The notes: generated by a model not told the origin, from the sequence alone. 40,808 nucleotides of DNA from a virus (IMGVR_UViG_3300049739_000204:1-40808), one strand, 5' to 3'. Shown: positions 27,002 to 36,513, numbered from the stretch's first letter. A program made the numbers and translations.

Positions 27002-28336
27002 TCAACTTTGTACGAGTTTCAAAAGCTTGGTCTGTGAGTCGTCTTTGGCTTTTAAAGACTCGACTACAGATTCGTCTGCCGAGTCCTTAGCTACTATGTG
27101 TATTATTCGTACTGGTTTTTGCTGACCCTGCCTGTGCAGTCTAGCGTTGAACTGTTGGTACAACTCCAGTGACCAAGGGACTCCGTACCAAACAATTATG
27201 TTGCCGCCTTTCTGTAAATTTAGACCATGACCAGCAGATGCCGGGTGTGTCAAAAGCACAGGAATCTCACCTTTATTCCAGCGGTCAATCGTTGTTGGAT
27301 CGCTGGATAAAACTTCTGCATTTGGTAGTTGTTTCTGTATGACCGACAGGTCACTTTTATAATTATATGCAACTAATACAGGTTCCTGTGCCTGTTCAAT
27401 AATCTGCTCAAGCTCATTTAACTTTTCTTTATGTAGCTCTACAAAGTCACCGTCTTCTGTATAAGCGTTGCCATTACATATTTGTAATAGCTTACCGACT
27501 TGCACAGCGGCGTTGACAGCAAGCACCTCACCGCTCTCGTACATCATAATAAAGTCACGCTTCATATCCTCGTAGGCTTTGCGGGCTTTAGGCGGTAGCT
27601 CTACCTCTACAGTAAGGTCAATGCGCTCTGGCAACTCTAAGTAATCTTTGGCACTCATACGCAAAACCAGATCTTTTACCTTTTTGTAGATAGTATCCGC
27701 TCGCTCCGGGTTAACTTCATACTGGTTCCATTGCGGGTTGCCAACGACCGTACAGTATTTAGCCAAGAACTTGCCTCTGGTGTTCTCTAATCGCTCACCT
27801 TTATCTAATAAATAAAGCTGTGGCCACAGATCCATCAAAGAATTTGGAGCGGGTGTGCCTGTAAGCTGTACCATGCGTTTAATCTTGCCTAGTACCTTTC
27901 TAAAGGCTTTCCAGCGCTTACTGGCGTGTGACTTAAAGCTACTGCTCTCGTCGATTACAACGCAATCGTAGTGCCATTTCTGGCCCAATACTTCAACCAG
28001 CCAAGGTATCATTTCCCGGTTAATAATATGCACAGGGGAGTCGCTGTAGATTGCGGCTTTACGGTTTGCGGGTGTAAGTCCTGCGAGTATTGTGTAATCT
28101 ATTTGGATATGATCCCAGTTGCGTATCTCTTCTGACCATGTGTGTTTAGCCACGCGAAGAGGTGCAACAATCAACACCTTTTTAACTTTTTTATTAGCAA
28201 CTAAATCGCTTAGAGCTGTGAGGGTGCTGATGGTTTTACCCAGACCCATGTCGATCCATAGCGCGGCTTTCTTGTTGTCTTTTATGAAGTCCACAGCCCT
28301 GTTTTGGTACTCGTGTAAATTGTTTCTATTTAGCAC
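27002..28336 (-). CDS. SNF2-family helicase
   Basis: 'MGLGKT', 'VIDESS', 'LTGTP', 'GHGLNLQ', 'ARLHRQGQ'. Confidence 0.92.
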   Translation of the reverse strand: MLNRNNLHEYQNRAVDFIKDNKKAALWIDMGLGKTISTLTALSDLVANKKVKKVLIVAPLRVAKHTWSEEIRNWDHIQIDYTILAGLTPANRKAAIYSDSPVHIINREMIPWLVEVLGQKWHYDCVVIDESSSFKSHASKRWKAFRKVLGKIKRMVQLTGTPAPNSLMDLWPQLYLLDKGERLENTRGKFLAKYCTVVGNPQWNQYEVNPERADTIYKKVKDLVLRMSAKDYLELPERIDLTVEVELPPKARKAYEDMKRDFIMMYESGEVLAVNAAVQVGKLLQICNGNAYTEDGDFVELHKEKLNELEQIIEQAQEPVLVAYNYKSDLSVIQKQLPNAEVLSSDPTTIDRWNKGEIPVLLTHPASAGHGLNLQKGGNIIVWYGVPWSLELYQQFNARLHRQGQQKPVRIIHIVAKDSADESVVESLKAKDDSQTKLLKLVQS

Positions 28337-28593
28337 AGTAGTTTTTTCCCTTCTTCTATGTCGTCAATGATATGAACGTGCCAGCCCACTGCGGCTAAAC
28401 GGCGATGTATTGCCTCTTGGTATGGCGTTGGTTTTTTCTTAGGCGCTTTGAACTCAACAATAATTAGCTCACCGTCCCTAAAATACATTCGGTCAGGCAC
28501 GCCTCGCTGTGAAGGCGACACCCACTTATAAGAAAGCCACCCCTGCGCCTTAGCGTAGTCAGTGACCTTCTTTTCAACGTATGACTCTCTTAT
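28330..28593 (-). CDS. VRR-NUC nuclease (extended to an ATA codon)
   Basis: 'RESYVEKKV...GW..YKWVSP..RGVPDR...VEFKAP...Q'; frame open back to ATA at 28593. Confidence 0.8.
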   Translation of the reverse strand: MRESYVEKKVTDYAKAQGWLSYKWVSPSQRGVPDRMYFRDGELIIVEFKAPKKKPTPYQEAIHRRLAAVGWHVHIIDDIEEGKKLLC

Positions 28594-30488
28594 TTTTTAT
28601 ACCTCTCAGACTCGTAACCTTCAGCCTCTACAGGGATGCCTTTAGCCCAACCGGGTAAAACACACATCAGCTCTTCAAACTCTTTAAGTGAACCTTTGTC
28701 TTTAGGAACATCTGCAACAATCTCATCGTGGACATGGAGAACGACCGGGTAGCCGTGGTCTTCTAAGCGCAAGACGGCTTCAGCTAACAAGTCTCTGGCA
28801 ACTGCCTGTGTGATTGATTGGACAAGCGAACCGCCGTAGGCCTTTATCTGGCCCCATCTGTGGGTGTGGTTATTCATGCCGCTGTAGATTAGGTCTAGTC
28901 CGCGATCACCTTCCGCCAGTTTGGCTTCTGGGAATGATAAGATTCTGCCGCTTGGTAGTTTGAACAGTAGGTCGCCGTTGACATACTTAAATTCACCTTT
29001 CGCCGCCGGGTAGACGTTACCTTTATAACTAACGGCGTTTCTAGCGGCTCGCTCTGTGGTGACCCAAAGTTTTACAATAGGATCATTAGCATCCCGCCAG
29101 TCGTTCCGTATCTTTAACGCCTGTTTCTCGTCAACGTCTGCGCCGTACACCTCAGCCATTTTCTGGAACGCTCTAACGCCACCCTGATAACCAAGGGCTA
29201 GTGTTGCTACCTTGCCGACAAAACGCTGGTCTTTATCTACTTCGCCGTAATCTATTCCGTACATGGTTGCGGCGGTGAACTTGTAAATATCTTTACCACC
29301 TTCAAAAACTTCAAGTACGTCGTTGTGATCTGCCAACCACGCTAAGGCTCTAGCCTCAATGCTTGAATAGTCAGCACATAACAGCCTGTTATCCTGTGAG
29401 GCTATGAGCATACCTCTAAGACAGCTAGACATAGCCTCCATAGGCTCTGCGTCTAATGCGTCTGGGTCACGCGCCTTCATCTGGTAGATAATTGCATCAA
29501 CGTCATCAATGCTGGGGCGTGGTAGGTTTTGCGGTTGGAAATGTCTTCCAGCCCAACGGCCAGTAGCCGCCCCGTGATACAGTAAAATACCGTGCGCTCT
29601 ACCATCTTTGCCTAGCACGGCTTTCATTGAGTCGTATTTTTTAGTGCTAGATTTACTCATTGCCTGACGTATTTTTAAAAACTCTCGAACATTCTCAGGG
29701 CAGTTATCGTCAGCTATTGCCGCTTCAACAGACGGCTTGTCGTAGCCCTCCATGCTGTAGCCTTGAGACAAAATCCATTGCAGTGATTTAGCTCGGCTTG
29801 ACGTGTTGTTTAAGATGCCGCCTGTTATTTCATAGACCTTGGCGTTTAATGTCCGACCGTGCTTCTCGATGATGTCTAACGCATTTTCTATGCTGTCTTT
29901 GTCTAGCCTTACACCTCGCCAGTTTATGCGCTGGTCAGTTCTCCAGACGTCATTCTCTGAGCCTCTCAAGTCCCGCAGTTTGTTTCTTATCTCACGCTCT
30001 GCCACAACGTCCTGTAGGCAGTAATCGTATAATTCTTGATACAGCGCCTTGTCTCTTACTCTTTTACCTCGGTAAGGCTTACAGCAACGCTGTATAAGTA
30101 TCTTGCCACGCTTGCTCTTAGCGGCATCTTCATCAAGCCCCAGAGCCTCACCACATTTACCCAAAGCGCGAGGGTAAGCCTGTGCGGCGGCTAGGGCCGC
30201 TGTGTCTGCCCACTGTTCTATAGGTATTTCTTGCCATTTAAGTACAAGGTTCCAAATGCACATCTCAAAAAAGCTATTCCAAGCCCAAACCTTTGCACCA
30301 CCAGCGTGTATTAAAGCTAATAGCCTTTGAGGGGGTGGTTGGTCTGGCGTCCACAGCTCTGGTGCATCATCATTAACTGCCCACGCCAAGCAAAGCACCT
30401 CGGTTGTAGGGTGATCTGCGTAACCGTATGCGCCAGACTTTCGTATGTCGCACTCGCTGTAAGTTTCAAAATCCATAGAAATATTCAT
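28590..30488 (-). CDS. DNA polymerase family A with 3'-5' exonuclease domain
   Basis: 'DFETYS', 'TGRWAG..FQPQNL', 'DYSSIEAR', 'RFVGKVATLALGY', 'HVHDE'; start ATG 30488 overlaps upstream stop. Confidence 0.93.
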   Translation of the reverse strand: MNISMDFETYSECDIRKSGAYGYADHPTTEVLCLAWAVNDDAPELWTPDQPPPQRLLALIHAGGAKVWAWNSFFEMCIWNLVLKWQEIPIEQWADTAALAAAQAYPRALGKCGEALGLDEDAAKSKRGKILIQRCCKPYRGKRVRDKALYQELYDYCLQDVVAEREIRNKLRDLRGSENDVWRTDQRINWRGVRLDKDSIENALDIIEKHGRTLNAKVYEITGGILNNTSSRAKSLQWILSQGYSMEGYDKPSVEAAIADDNCPENVREFLKIRQAMSKSSTKKYDSMKAVLGKDGRAHGILLYHGAATGRWAGRHFQPQNLPRPSIDDVDAIIYQMKARDPDALDAEPMEAMSSCLRGMLIASQDNRLLCADYSSIEARALAWLADHNDVLEVFEGGKDIYKFTAATMYGIDYGEVDKDQRFVGKVATLALGYQGGVRAFQKMAEVYGADVDEKQALKIRNDWRDANDPIVKLWVTTERAARNAVSYKGNVYPAAKGEFKYVNGDLLFKLPSGRILSFPEAKLAEGDRGLDLIYSGMNNHTHRWGQIKAYGGSLVQSITQAVARDLLAEAVLRLEDHGYPVVLHVHDEIVADVPKDKGSLKEFEELMCVLPGWAKGIPVEAEGYESERYKK

Positions 30489-30775
30489 ACCCATTTTCTC
30501 CTCAGCCACTTATTACTTAAACGCTGTATTTTTTCATCGTCAGTCAGTGATCTTTTCTTCTTAGGTTTGACGTCTTTTTTCTTTGGCTCTAAATCAACAT
30601 CGCTAATCCAAACGCTACTGTTGCCCTCACTTCTTCTTTTCTTAATACCCATGCGGTTTTTAAGTAAGTTGTATGAGAGGTCAGCCTTTTGCGCGATCTC
30701 TTTAACTACAACTTCTTCACCGTTGTACTCAGGAAATCTTTCGCCTAAGTACAGATAACTAAGTTTTGCCTTCAT
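30485..30775 (-). CDS. Basic hypothetical protein, possibly DNA-binding
   Basis: 96 aa, K/R-rich, HTH-like 'EIAQKADLSYNLLKNRM'. Confidence 0.65.
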   Translation of the reverse strand: MKAKLSYLYLGERFPEYNGEEVVVKEIAQKADLSYNLLKNRMGIKKRRSEGNSSVWISDVDLEPKKKDVKPKKKRSLTDDEKIQRLSNKWLRRKWV

Positions 30776-30788
30776 AAATACCCCGTAG

Positions 30789-30811
30789 AAAAAAGGGGCC
30801 GCGAAGCCCCT
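30789..30811 (-). terminator. Terminator after SSB gene
   Basis: Minus strand AGGGGC-TTCGCG-GCCCCT followed by T-run. Confidence 0.75.
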
Positions 30812-30817
30812 GTTTCA

Positions 30818-31366
30818 TCAACTCAAAAAATCATCATCGTCAGCGTCTGCCGCTTGCTCTGCGCTGATATCATCAAACATCGACTCAACCTTCACGCCGC
30901 CACCGCCGAACGTGTCGCCATCCTTAACAAACTGAATAGCTTGTAAGTTGCAGTTAACGCGCTTACCAAATTGATTGTTTTGCACCCACAGGCTGACCGC
31001 CGCGTTGACATAGCAACCGGCATACGGGCGTTCGTCTTCTTCAACGAGCTGTGATCTGTCACGATCAATAATTACCGGGCGCTGTCTTGTGCTACAGCTA
31101 ACGAACATGGCGTTTTCATAGCCGTCATAGGCTTTCTCTACGCCATCGCCTAAGCACGTTTTCAGGCCCTTGGGGATGTCACCGTTAAAAGCTACTGTTG
31201 CCGCTTTCTTAATTTCTTTTTTAAAGTTGCTGATCTGATCCTTGTCAGCCTCTTTGTCTAACAAAAAGTTAGCGCTGTATTTTGCAGTTTGACCTTCCAT
31301 GTAGGCTTTCGGTGTCCATATTTGCGGAAAAGATAACCGCACGTTCTTCAATGTAATTACACTCAT
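30818..31366 (-). CDS. Single-stranded DNA-binding protein (DUF2815)
   Basis: 'NVRLSFP', 'YAGCYVNA', 'IQFVKDGDTFGG', acidic tail. Confidence 0.9.
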   Translation of the reverse strand: MSVITLKNVRLSFPQIWTPKAYMEGQTAKYSANFLLDKEADKDQISNFKKEIKKAATVAFNGDIPKGLKTCLGDGVEKAYDGYENAMFVSCSTRQRPVIIDRDRSQLVEEDERPYAGCYVNAAVSLWVQNNQFGKRVNCNLQAIQFVKDGDTFGGGGVKVESMFDDISAEQAADADDDDFLS

Positions 31367-31375
31367 TAAGACTTC

Positions 31376-32500
31376 TCACTCTATAGTTGAAAAATAATCG
31401 ACAGCTTCAGGCTTGACCGCAGAGCGTGGATCGCTTTCCGGTGCAAGAGTTGGTCTGCCAGTTGGTTTATGCCAAAGATCAGTTATCTCTTTGGATTTCG
31501 CCCTTCCAAGCGCCTTCTCGGCTTGAGCTGGGGAAATTAGTTTTGTTATGTGAGCCTTGTCGCCCAACATATTTATCAATGATTCTTCAGCCACGCTGTC
31601 GTCTACCCATTTGCGTGTAGATCGACCTTCGACTAGCTTGTAATTGGGTAAGATGCCGCCTTCGAGTAAAAGCTTGTGAGCGTGTTTCTGTATGCCCTGC
31701 GCCCAGCCTATGAGTGCGTCCATCTTCGGTAATAGCTGACCAATCTCTTCAACATTTAAGGTGTGAGGTGTCTGAACTATTAGTGGAGCTTCAAGATCAT
31801 CGAAGCTTGAAAGTGTGAGGCTGTAATTGTGTTCCGCCAGTGCGCGACACGAGGCCTTAGCCTTGCAGAAGTGACAGCCTTTAGGTGTTGGTTTAAATTC
31901 TGGTTCAGGAGCAAACACACGGCGTGCGGCTGGCTTAACTTTATCGTTAGCCCACTTATATAGGTCTTTAGCTCTAATGCTGTAGGTGTCAATGTGATCT
32001 AATCTAGGCTGTACAATCGACATCTCGACAGTGTCGACTTCACCAATAAAATGATGTGCCGCACCTAAACCATAAAGCATCAACTGCTCATTCTTCTGTG
32101 CAGAAACTTTGACGCCTTGACCATATTTCAGGTCAATAACTTTACATACTCCATCGTATACTGTGACGTAATCAGCAGTACCAAAGCCGCCTTCAGCCCA
32201 CTCAGAATAATCAACCTTCAGCTCAACGTGCTTTTCACCTTCTTGCACATTGCAGTAGTCAACGTAGGTGGCAACGTGTAGCGCCATCTCGCTATCAACT
32301 ATGAAGCCTTCGACTTCAACGCCTATATATTCTTCGGGTGGTTTCTGCGACAGCAAGCACATCTCAGCCAGTGCGTGTGCGGCAGTGCCTTCTGCGGCAT
32401 AAAAAGATTCTTCATCTGGGAAGGTAGCCTCTAGCTGTACAGAGGCAGGACAGGTCATCCAACGGTGCGCTTTTGATGCGCCTAGCAGACTATGTTTCAT
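31376..32500 (-). CDS. DUF2800 Cas4-like nuclease
   Basis: 'HRWMTCPAS', 'AAEGTAAH', 'FGTAD', 'IDLKYG', 'QLMLYGLGA', 'CHFCKAK..C'. Confidence 0.9.
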   Translation of the reverse strand: MKHSLLGASKAHRWMTCPASVQLEATFPDEESFYAAEGTAAHALAEMCLLSQKPPEEYIGVEVEGFIVDSEMALHVATYVDYCNVQEGEKHVELKVDYSEWAEGGFGTADYVTVYDGVCKVIDLKYGQGVKVSAQKNEQLMLYGLGAAHHFIGEVDTVEMSIVQPRLDHIDTYSIRAKDLYKWANDKVKPAARRVFAPEPEFKPTPKGCHFCKAKASCRALAEHNYSLTLSSFDDLEAPLIVQTPHTLNVEEIGQLLPKMDALIGWAQGIQKHAHKLLLEGGILPNYKLVEGRSTRKWVDDSVAEESLINMLGDKAHITKLISPAQAEKALGRAKSKEITDLWHKPTGRPTLAPESDPRSAVKPEAVDYFSTIE

Positions 32501-32523
32501 CGTTCACTCCAACACTTTAGTTT

Positions 32524-32589
32524 TATTTTCAACTTTCGGTTGACAGATTAGTTGATGATATTTATATTGTCAACCGAAAGTTGAAAATA
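32524..32589. promoter_or_regulatory. Divergent promoter switch formed by a 22-bp perfect inverted repeat holding two operators
   Basis: 32524-45 and 32568-89 are exact reverse complements; plus TTGACA-17-TATATT, minus TTGACA-17-TAATCT. Confidence 0.85.
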
Positions 32590-32608
32590 TATCTAAAGGT
32601 AGAAATAA

Positions 32609-32866
32609 ATGGAAAATAAAAGAGACATAGACACGGTGCGTGACGCACTTGATCGCGTTGTTTTAGCAACAAGGTCAGGAAGTCTTACTGGTTTAGCTAG
32701 AAGGGTAGGCGTGTCAAAGCAAGCGATTTCAAAATGGCGAAAGACGGGAATTGTCCCAACTTACCGGGCATTACAAATGTGCTGGGAGTCGAACGGTGCT
32801 GTTACATGGATGCAACTTTGTCCTCACATTGTTCGTCAATTTAATGATGAAAAGGCAAACAAATGA
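32609..32866 (+). CDS. Cro-like HTH regulator
   Basis: 'GSLTGLARRVGVSKQAISKW...G.VP..RA' and 'L.P' ending. Confidence 0.85.
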   Translation: MENKRDIDTVRDALDRVVLATRSGSLTGLARRVGVSKQAISKWRKTGIVPTYRALQMCWESNGAVTWMQLCPHIVRQFNDEKANK

Positions 32867-33003
32867 AAAATATTGCGTTGAGATTTTTCTACTCGACTGT
32901 TGAGTGGACATTTATACAGCTTGGCAAGGCTGTCGCTTTTGTTGCAGACAAACTTGAGAACGTCGAAGTTTGGGCAACAGCAAATAAAGCTAAGTTGCTA
33001 TAA
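32863..33003 (+). CDS. 46-aa amphipathic peptide (not in ORF track)
   Basis: ATGA overlap with cro; MKNIALRFFYSTVEWTFIQLGKAVAFVADKLENVEVWATANKAKLL. Confidence 0.6.
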   Translation: MKNIALRFFYSTVEWTFIQLGKAVAFVADKLENVEVWATANKAKLL

Positions 33004-33065
33004 AAAATGCCCCCAAAAAGGGGGCTAAATAGTGGAGTTGATATTAAGAAGTGAGGGCTTCTATT

Positions 33066-35324
33066 ATGACATTTTTAAAAGAACACGGACATGATCTAGT
33101 AGCCAAGGGCTACGAGATTGTTCCAATAAAGAAAGGGAAAAAGTTTCCAACACTGAGCGGGTGGCAAGATATCCGTGCGACCGATGAGGACGTCGATAGA
33201 TGGCTTGCTAACGGTCACGCTGAGGGTGGCATTGGCATATTGTGCCGCCAGACTGTTGCTGTCGACATCGACTGTCTCGATAAGGCTATGAACCACAGGC
33301 TGTTACATTGGCTTGATGAGAACGTAGGCAAGTCAGCTATAAGGGTAGGGCAGAAGCCAAAATGTATTCTACCTTTTAGGGTTGAGGGTCAGTTCAGTAA
33401 AATAAGAAGTGCAGAATTCCAAGACGCGGGTGGTTCCAAGCACGCAGTTGAGGTGTTGGCCGATGGTCAGCAGTTCGTTGCGTTTGGCATCCACCCAGCG
33501 ACCAACCAACCGTACCGATGGGTACGTGGTCAGAGCATCGTTGATATACCTCAACACAAGCTACCTGTCATATCTAAGGAACAGGCTGAGAAGTTCGTAG
33601 CCTATTTCGAGGACATGGCCAATGAGCATGACGGCTGGGAGCTTGTGAGGGCTGGAGTTAAGCCCGCACAGGTTGATGAGAACGACCTGTCTATGTTTAA
33701 GCAAAAGATAGACATATCCAAGCCAGAAGTGCAGATCATGCTAGATAAGATCGACCCGGACTGTCATCACGACGACTGGGTTAAGGTCGGCATGGCACTT
33801 CATCACCAGTACGCCGGTGAGGATGAGGGTTGGATGCTCTGGGATGAGTGGTCGCAGACAGGCGGTAAGTATATAGAGGGTGAGTGTGAGCGTCGCTATC
33901 ACACGTTCGACACTAGAGGTCGCGCACCAATCACCCTCGCCACCGTTAAGGCTATGCAGACTGAGGCTGTGTCTGAAGAGGTCAAAGAAGAGAAGTTACC
34001 TAAGATGCTCAAGGAGTGGGCGTTTGTTCAGGTAGAGGGATCTGCCCGTGTGATCCGTGAGGCTGTGAATAAGAACCAGATAGTCCTATATAAGCTTGAG
34101 GACTTGAAGAAGGAACACATGAACTGTCGTGTCCTGTCTGGCGATGAGAAGCCTAAGCTTATAAACCTTGTAGATATGTGGCTTGAGCATCCAGAGCGTA
34201 GAACCTATGCGGCTGGTCTGACCTTTGCACCTGATATGGAGGTGCTTGATCGCTATAACCTCTGGAGAGGCTGGTCGGTGGAAGGCTGTGAGGGTGATGC
34301 TCAACCGTGGATAGATTTTGTGACTGACGTTATCGCTGACGGCAACCAGACACACGCAAACTACATCATCGCGTGGGCGGCACAGATCATTCAGAAGCCA
34401 ATGACTAAGGTCGGTGTTGGTTTAGTGCTTAGAGGCCGTAAGGGTACAGGTAAGACAAAGTTCGGTGAGATACTAGGCCACCTGTTCAAGCCACACCATC
34501 AGATCGTATCACGCGCTGAACACATCACAGGCAATTTTAACCGCCACCTTGAAGACACGTTACTGCTACAAGCAGATGAGGCGTACTGGGCTGGGGCAAA
34601 AGCCTCTGAGGGCGCACTCAAAGACCTTCTAACGAACCCTGAGATCACAATCGAGCGTAAGGGTGTCGACGCATACACCTCGCCAAATTACACCAGAGTG
34701 CTGTTCACATCGAATGAGGATTATGTAGTTCCTGCGTCCTTAGACGAGCGACGCTTTGCGGTGTTCGACGTGTCGACCTGTCATCAACAGGATAGCCGAT
34801 ACTTCGCCGCACTAGATAACTGGTATCACTCTGGGGGTGCGTCAGCGTTGATTCACTACCTGAGAAACTTCGACCTGAGCAACATTAACCTTCGCCTTGT
34901 GCCACAGACTGACGCTCTTACAGAGCAGAAGCTTGAGGCTATGGACACCATCAACGCATGGCTATTCAACTGTCTTATGAACGGTGAGATGCGTGAGAAC
35001 CGGGTAGCTGGCAACGTCATACAGTTTGGAGAGGACGCCGCCAAGGCTGAGATATACGACATCTATGTCAGTAGCCTGAAGAACAACAAGTTCGATGTGC
35101 CTGTTAAGGAGAACGTGTTCTGGCGTCGCATGAAGAACTTTGAAGGCTTTGCGGTTGATGCTGGCCAGAAGGGCGCACAGCGCATACGCATGGTTAAGGT
35201 CAACACCATTGAGGCTTCGCGGTGGATATTCGAGGTGACTAACAATCTTAAAAACATCCAATGGGCAACGATGGACACAGGTGCTGAGTCTGACGTCTTT
35301 GACCCTGATAACTGGGAGAAATAA
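33066..35324 (+). CDS. Primase-helicase (prim-pol, PriCT-2, P-loop helicase)
   Basis: 'VAVDID', 'GIHPAT..PYRW', 'DWVKVGMALH...WDEWS...KY', Walker A 'GRKGTGKT', 'ADEA', 'ERRFAV'; GAGG SD before ATG 33066. Confidence 0.9.
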   Translation: MTFLKEHGHDLVAKGYEIVPIKKGKKFPTLSGWQDIRATDEDVDRWLANGHAEGGIGILCRQTVAVDIDCLDKAMNHRLLHWLDENVGKSAIRVGQKPKCILPFRVEGQFSKIRSAEFQDAGGSKHAVEVLADGQQFVAFGIHPATNQPYRWVRGQSIVDIPQHKLPVISKEQAEKFVAYFEDMANEHDGWELVRAGVKPAQVDENDLSMFKQKIDISKPEVQIMLDKIDPDCHHDDWVKVGMALHHQYAGEDEGWMLWDEWSQTGGKYIEGECERRYHTFDTRGRAPITLATVKAMQTEAVSEEVKEEKLPKMLKEWAFVQVEGSARVIREAVNKNQIVLYKLEDLKKEHMNCRVLSGDEKPKLINLVDMWLEHPERRTYAAGLTFAPDMEVLDRYNLWRGWSVEGCEGDAQPWIDFVTDVIADGNQTHANYIIAWAAQIIQKPMTKVGVGLVLRGRKGTGKTKFGEILGHLFKPHHQIVSRAEHITGNFNRHLEDTLLLQADEAYWAGAKASEGALKDLLTNPEITIERKGVDAYTSPNYTRVLFTSNEDYVVPASLDERRFAVFDVSTCHQQDSRYFAALDNWYHSGGASALIHYLRNFDLSNINLRLVPQTDALTEQKLEAMDTINAWLFNCLMNGEMRENRVAGNVIQFGEDAAKAEIYDIYVSSLKNNKFDVPVKENVFWRRMKNFEGFAVDAGQKGAQRIRMVKVNTIEASRWIFEVTNNLKNIQWATMDTGAESDVFDPDNWEK

Positions 35325-35326
35325 AC

Positions 35327-35575
35327 ATGGGAAAAGGAAGTAAACAGCGGCCAACAAACTATGACGCATTCTCGGCCAACTTCGACGCCATCTTCGGCAG
35401 TAAAGAAGAACACACCTACTATTATGAGTGTAGTAACTGCGGCAAGCTCACAAGGGATGAGGTTACGAAGTATGAGGTTATAGATAGAGAGCCATATGGC
35501 GACCGCACAGTTGACCGTGTGAGCTATGAGGTCACCTGTGACAAGTGCGGCAGTGATGATGTAGAAGAACTATAA
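35327..35575 (+). CDS. Small protein with zinc ribbon
   Basis: 'MGKGSKQRP' N-terminus plus CSNC and CDKC. Confidence 0.7.
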   Translation: MGKGSKQRPTNYDAFSANFDAIFGSKEEHTYYYECSNCGKLTRDEVTKYEVIDREPYGDRTVDRVSYEVTCDKCGSDDVEEL

Positions 35576-35616
35576 GCTCCCCTAACGGCTGAACCCCCTC
35601 AATCAGCCAGCTTTAC

Positions 35617-35639
35617 CCCCGCTTCGGCGGGGTTTTTTT
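35617..35639 (+). terminator. Rho-independent terminator, copy 1
   Basis: CCCCGC-TTCG-GCGGGG-T7. Confidence 0.92.
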
Positions 35640-35649
35640 AACTATATAA

Positions 35650-35688
35650 TCAACTAATAGTTGACGATACAACATATATGAGTATAAT
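35650..35688 (+). promoter_or_regulatory. Sigma70 promoter overlapped by operator
   Basis: TCAACTAATAGTTGA 35650-64; TTGACG-16 bp-TATAAT. Confidence 0.75.
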
Positions 35689-35720
35689 AGACGCATCACT
35701 AAATTATTTAAGAGGTTGTT

Positions 35721-36317
35721 ATGACTTACATTCCTTATGACGGCGGTAAAGAGATTGAGCATCCAGAAGCTTATGGTGCGGCTATCAAGCGCAACATGAT
35801 TGCTAACGCTCGCAAAACGTGGCTGAAGAATCAGGAGCGGGCTACTGAGATCGACAACTGGATTGATATTAATGTTGTTGACAACAAATTCGCCAAGAGC
35901 CTGTTTGACGCTTTAGCTAATTACGGCAAGCTTTCACCTAAGCAAAGCGACGCTGTACTTAAAATCATCGATGGCGATGCGGCTAAGAAGGCTGAGTGGG
36001 CGAAACAGCGTGAGATTGAAAACGCTAACGCCGAGCCTATCGTTGCTGGTAAGCAAGTTATTACTGGTGAGGTCATGTCACTTAAAACCCAGTATAGCCA
36101 ATATGGTGAAGTAACTAAGATGCTGGTTAAGGACGACCGAGGCTTTAAGGTTTTTGGCACTGTGCCACAAGCTATCTGGGACGCCGCCTATGAGCTTGAC
36201 ATCGAGGTTAAAGGTCAGCGTGTACAATTTACAGCGACTGTAGAAGCGTCAAAAGACGATAACAAGTTTGGCTTCTTCAAGCGCCCAACCAAATCACAAC
36301 TAACTAACGAGGTGTAA
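35721..36317 (+). CDS. Hypothetical protein with possible OB-fold C-terminus
   Basis: GAGG SD; beta-rich C-half 'ITGEV...KMLV...GFKVFGTVP...VQFTATV...GFFKRP'. Confidence 0.75.
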   Translation: MTYIPYDGGKEIEHPEAYGAAIKRNMIANARKTWLKNQERATEIDNWIDINVVDNKFAKSLFDALANYGKLSPKQSDAVLKIIDGDAAKKAEWAKQREIENANAEPIVAGKQVITGEVMSLKTQYSQYGEVTKMLVKDDRGFKVFGTVPQAIWDAAYELDIEVKGQRVQFTATVEASKDDNKFGFFKRPTKSQLTNEV

Positions 36318-36318
36318 T

Positions 36319-36513
36319 ATGAAACGCTCTGAAATGCAACGCCAGCTAATAGACTTAGCTGTTAAGTACGACGCCAAGTATGACGCTCTGGCGGTAAGCG
36401 AAACCCGCAGTGTACCCAACTTGGAAGTCATGGACGAAATGGCTGAGATGGCTCAAATACTGCGTAGCACGATGGCCTATCTGGGAGTGCTGGAGTTAGA
36501 CAAATCGCTGTAG
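36319..36513 (+). CDS. Small helical hypothetical protein
   Basis: 64 aa, GAGGT SD. Confidence 0.7.
   Translation: MKRSEMQRQLIDLAVKYDAKYDALAVSETRSVPNLEVMDEMAEMAQILRSTMAYLGVLELDKSL

Noticed and set aside
31376-32500. Cas4 as evidence of a CRISPR system
   Set aside because: DUF2800 nuclease in the standard SSB/PolA module; no array or other cas genes
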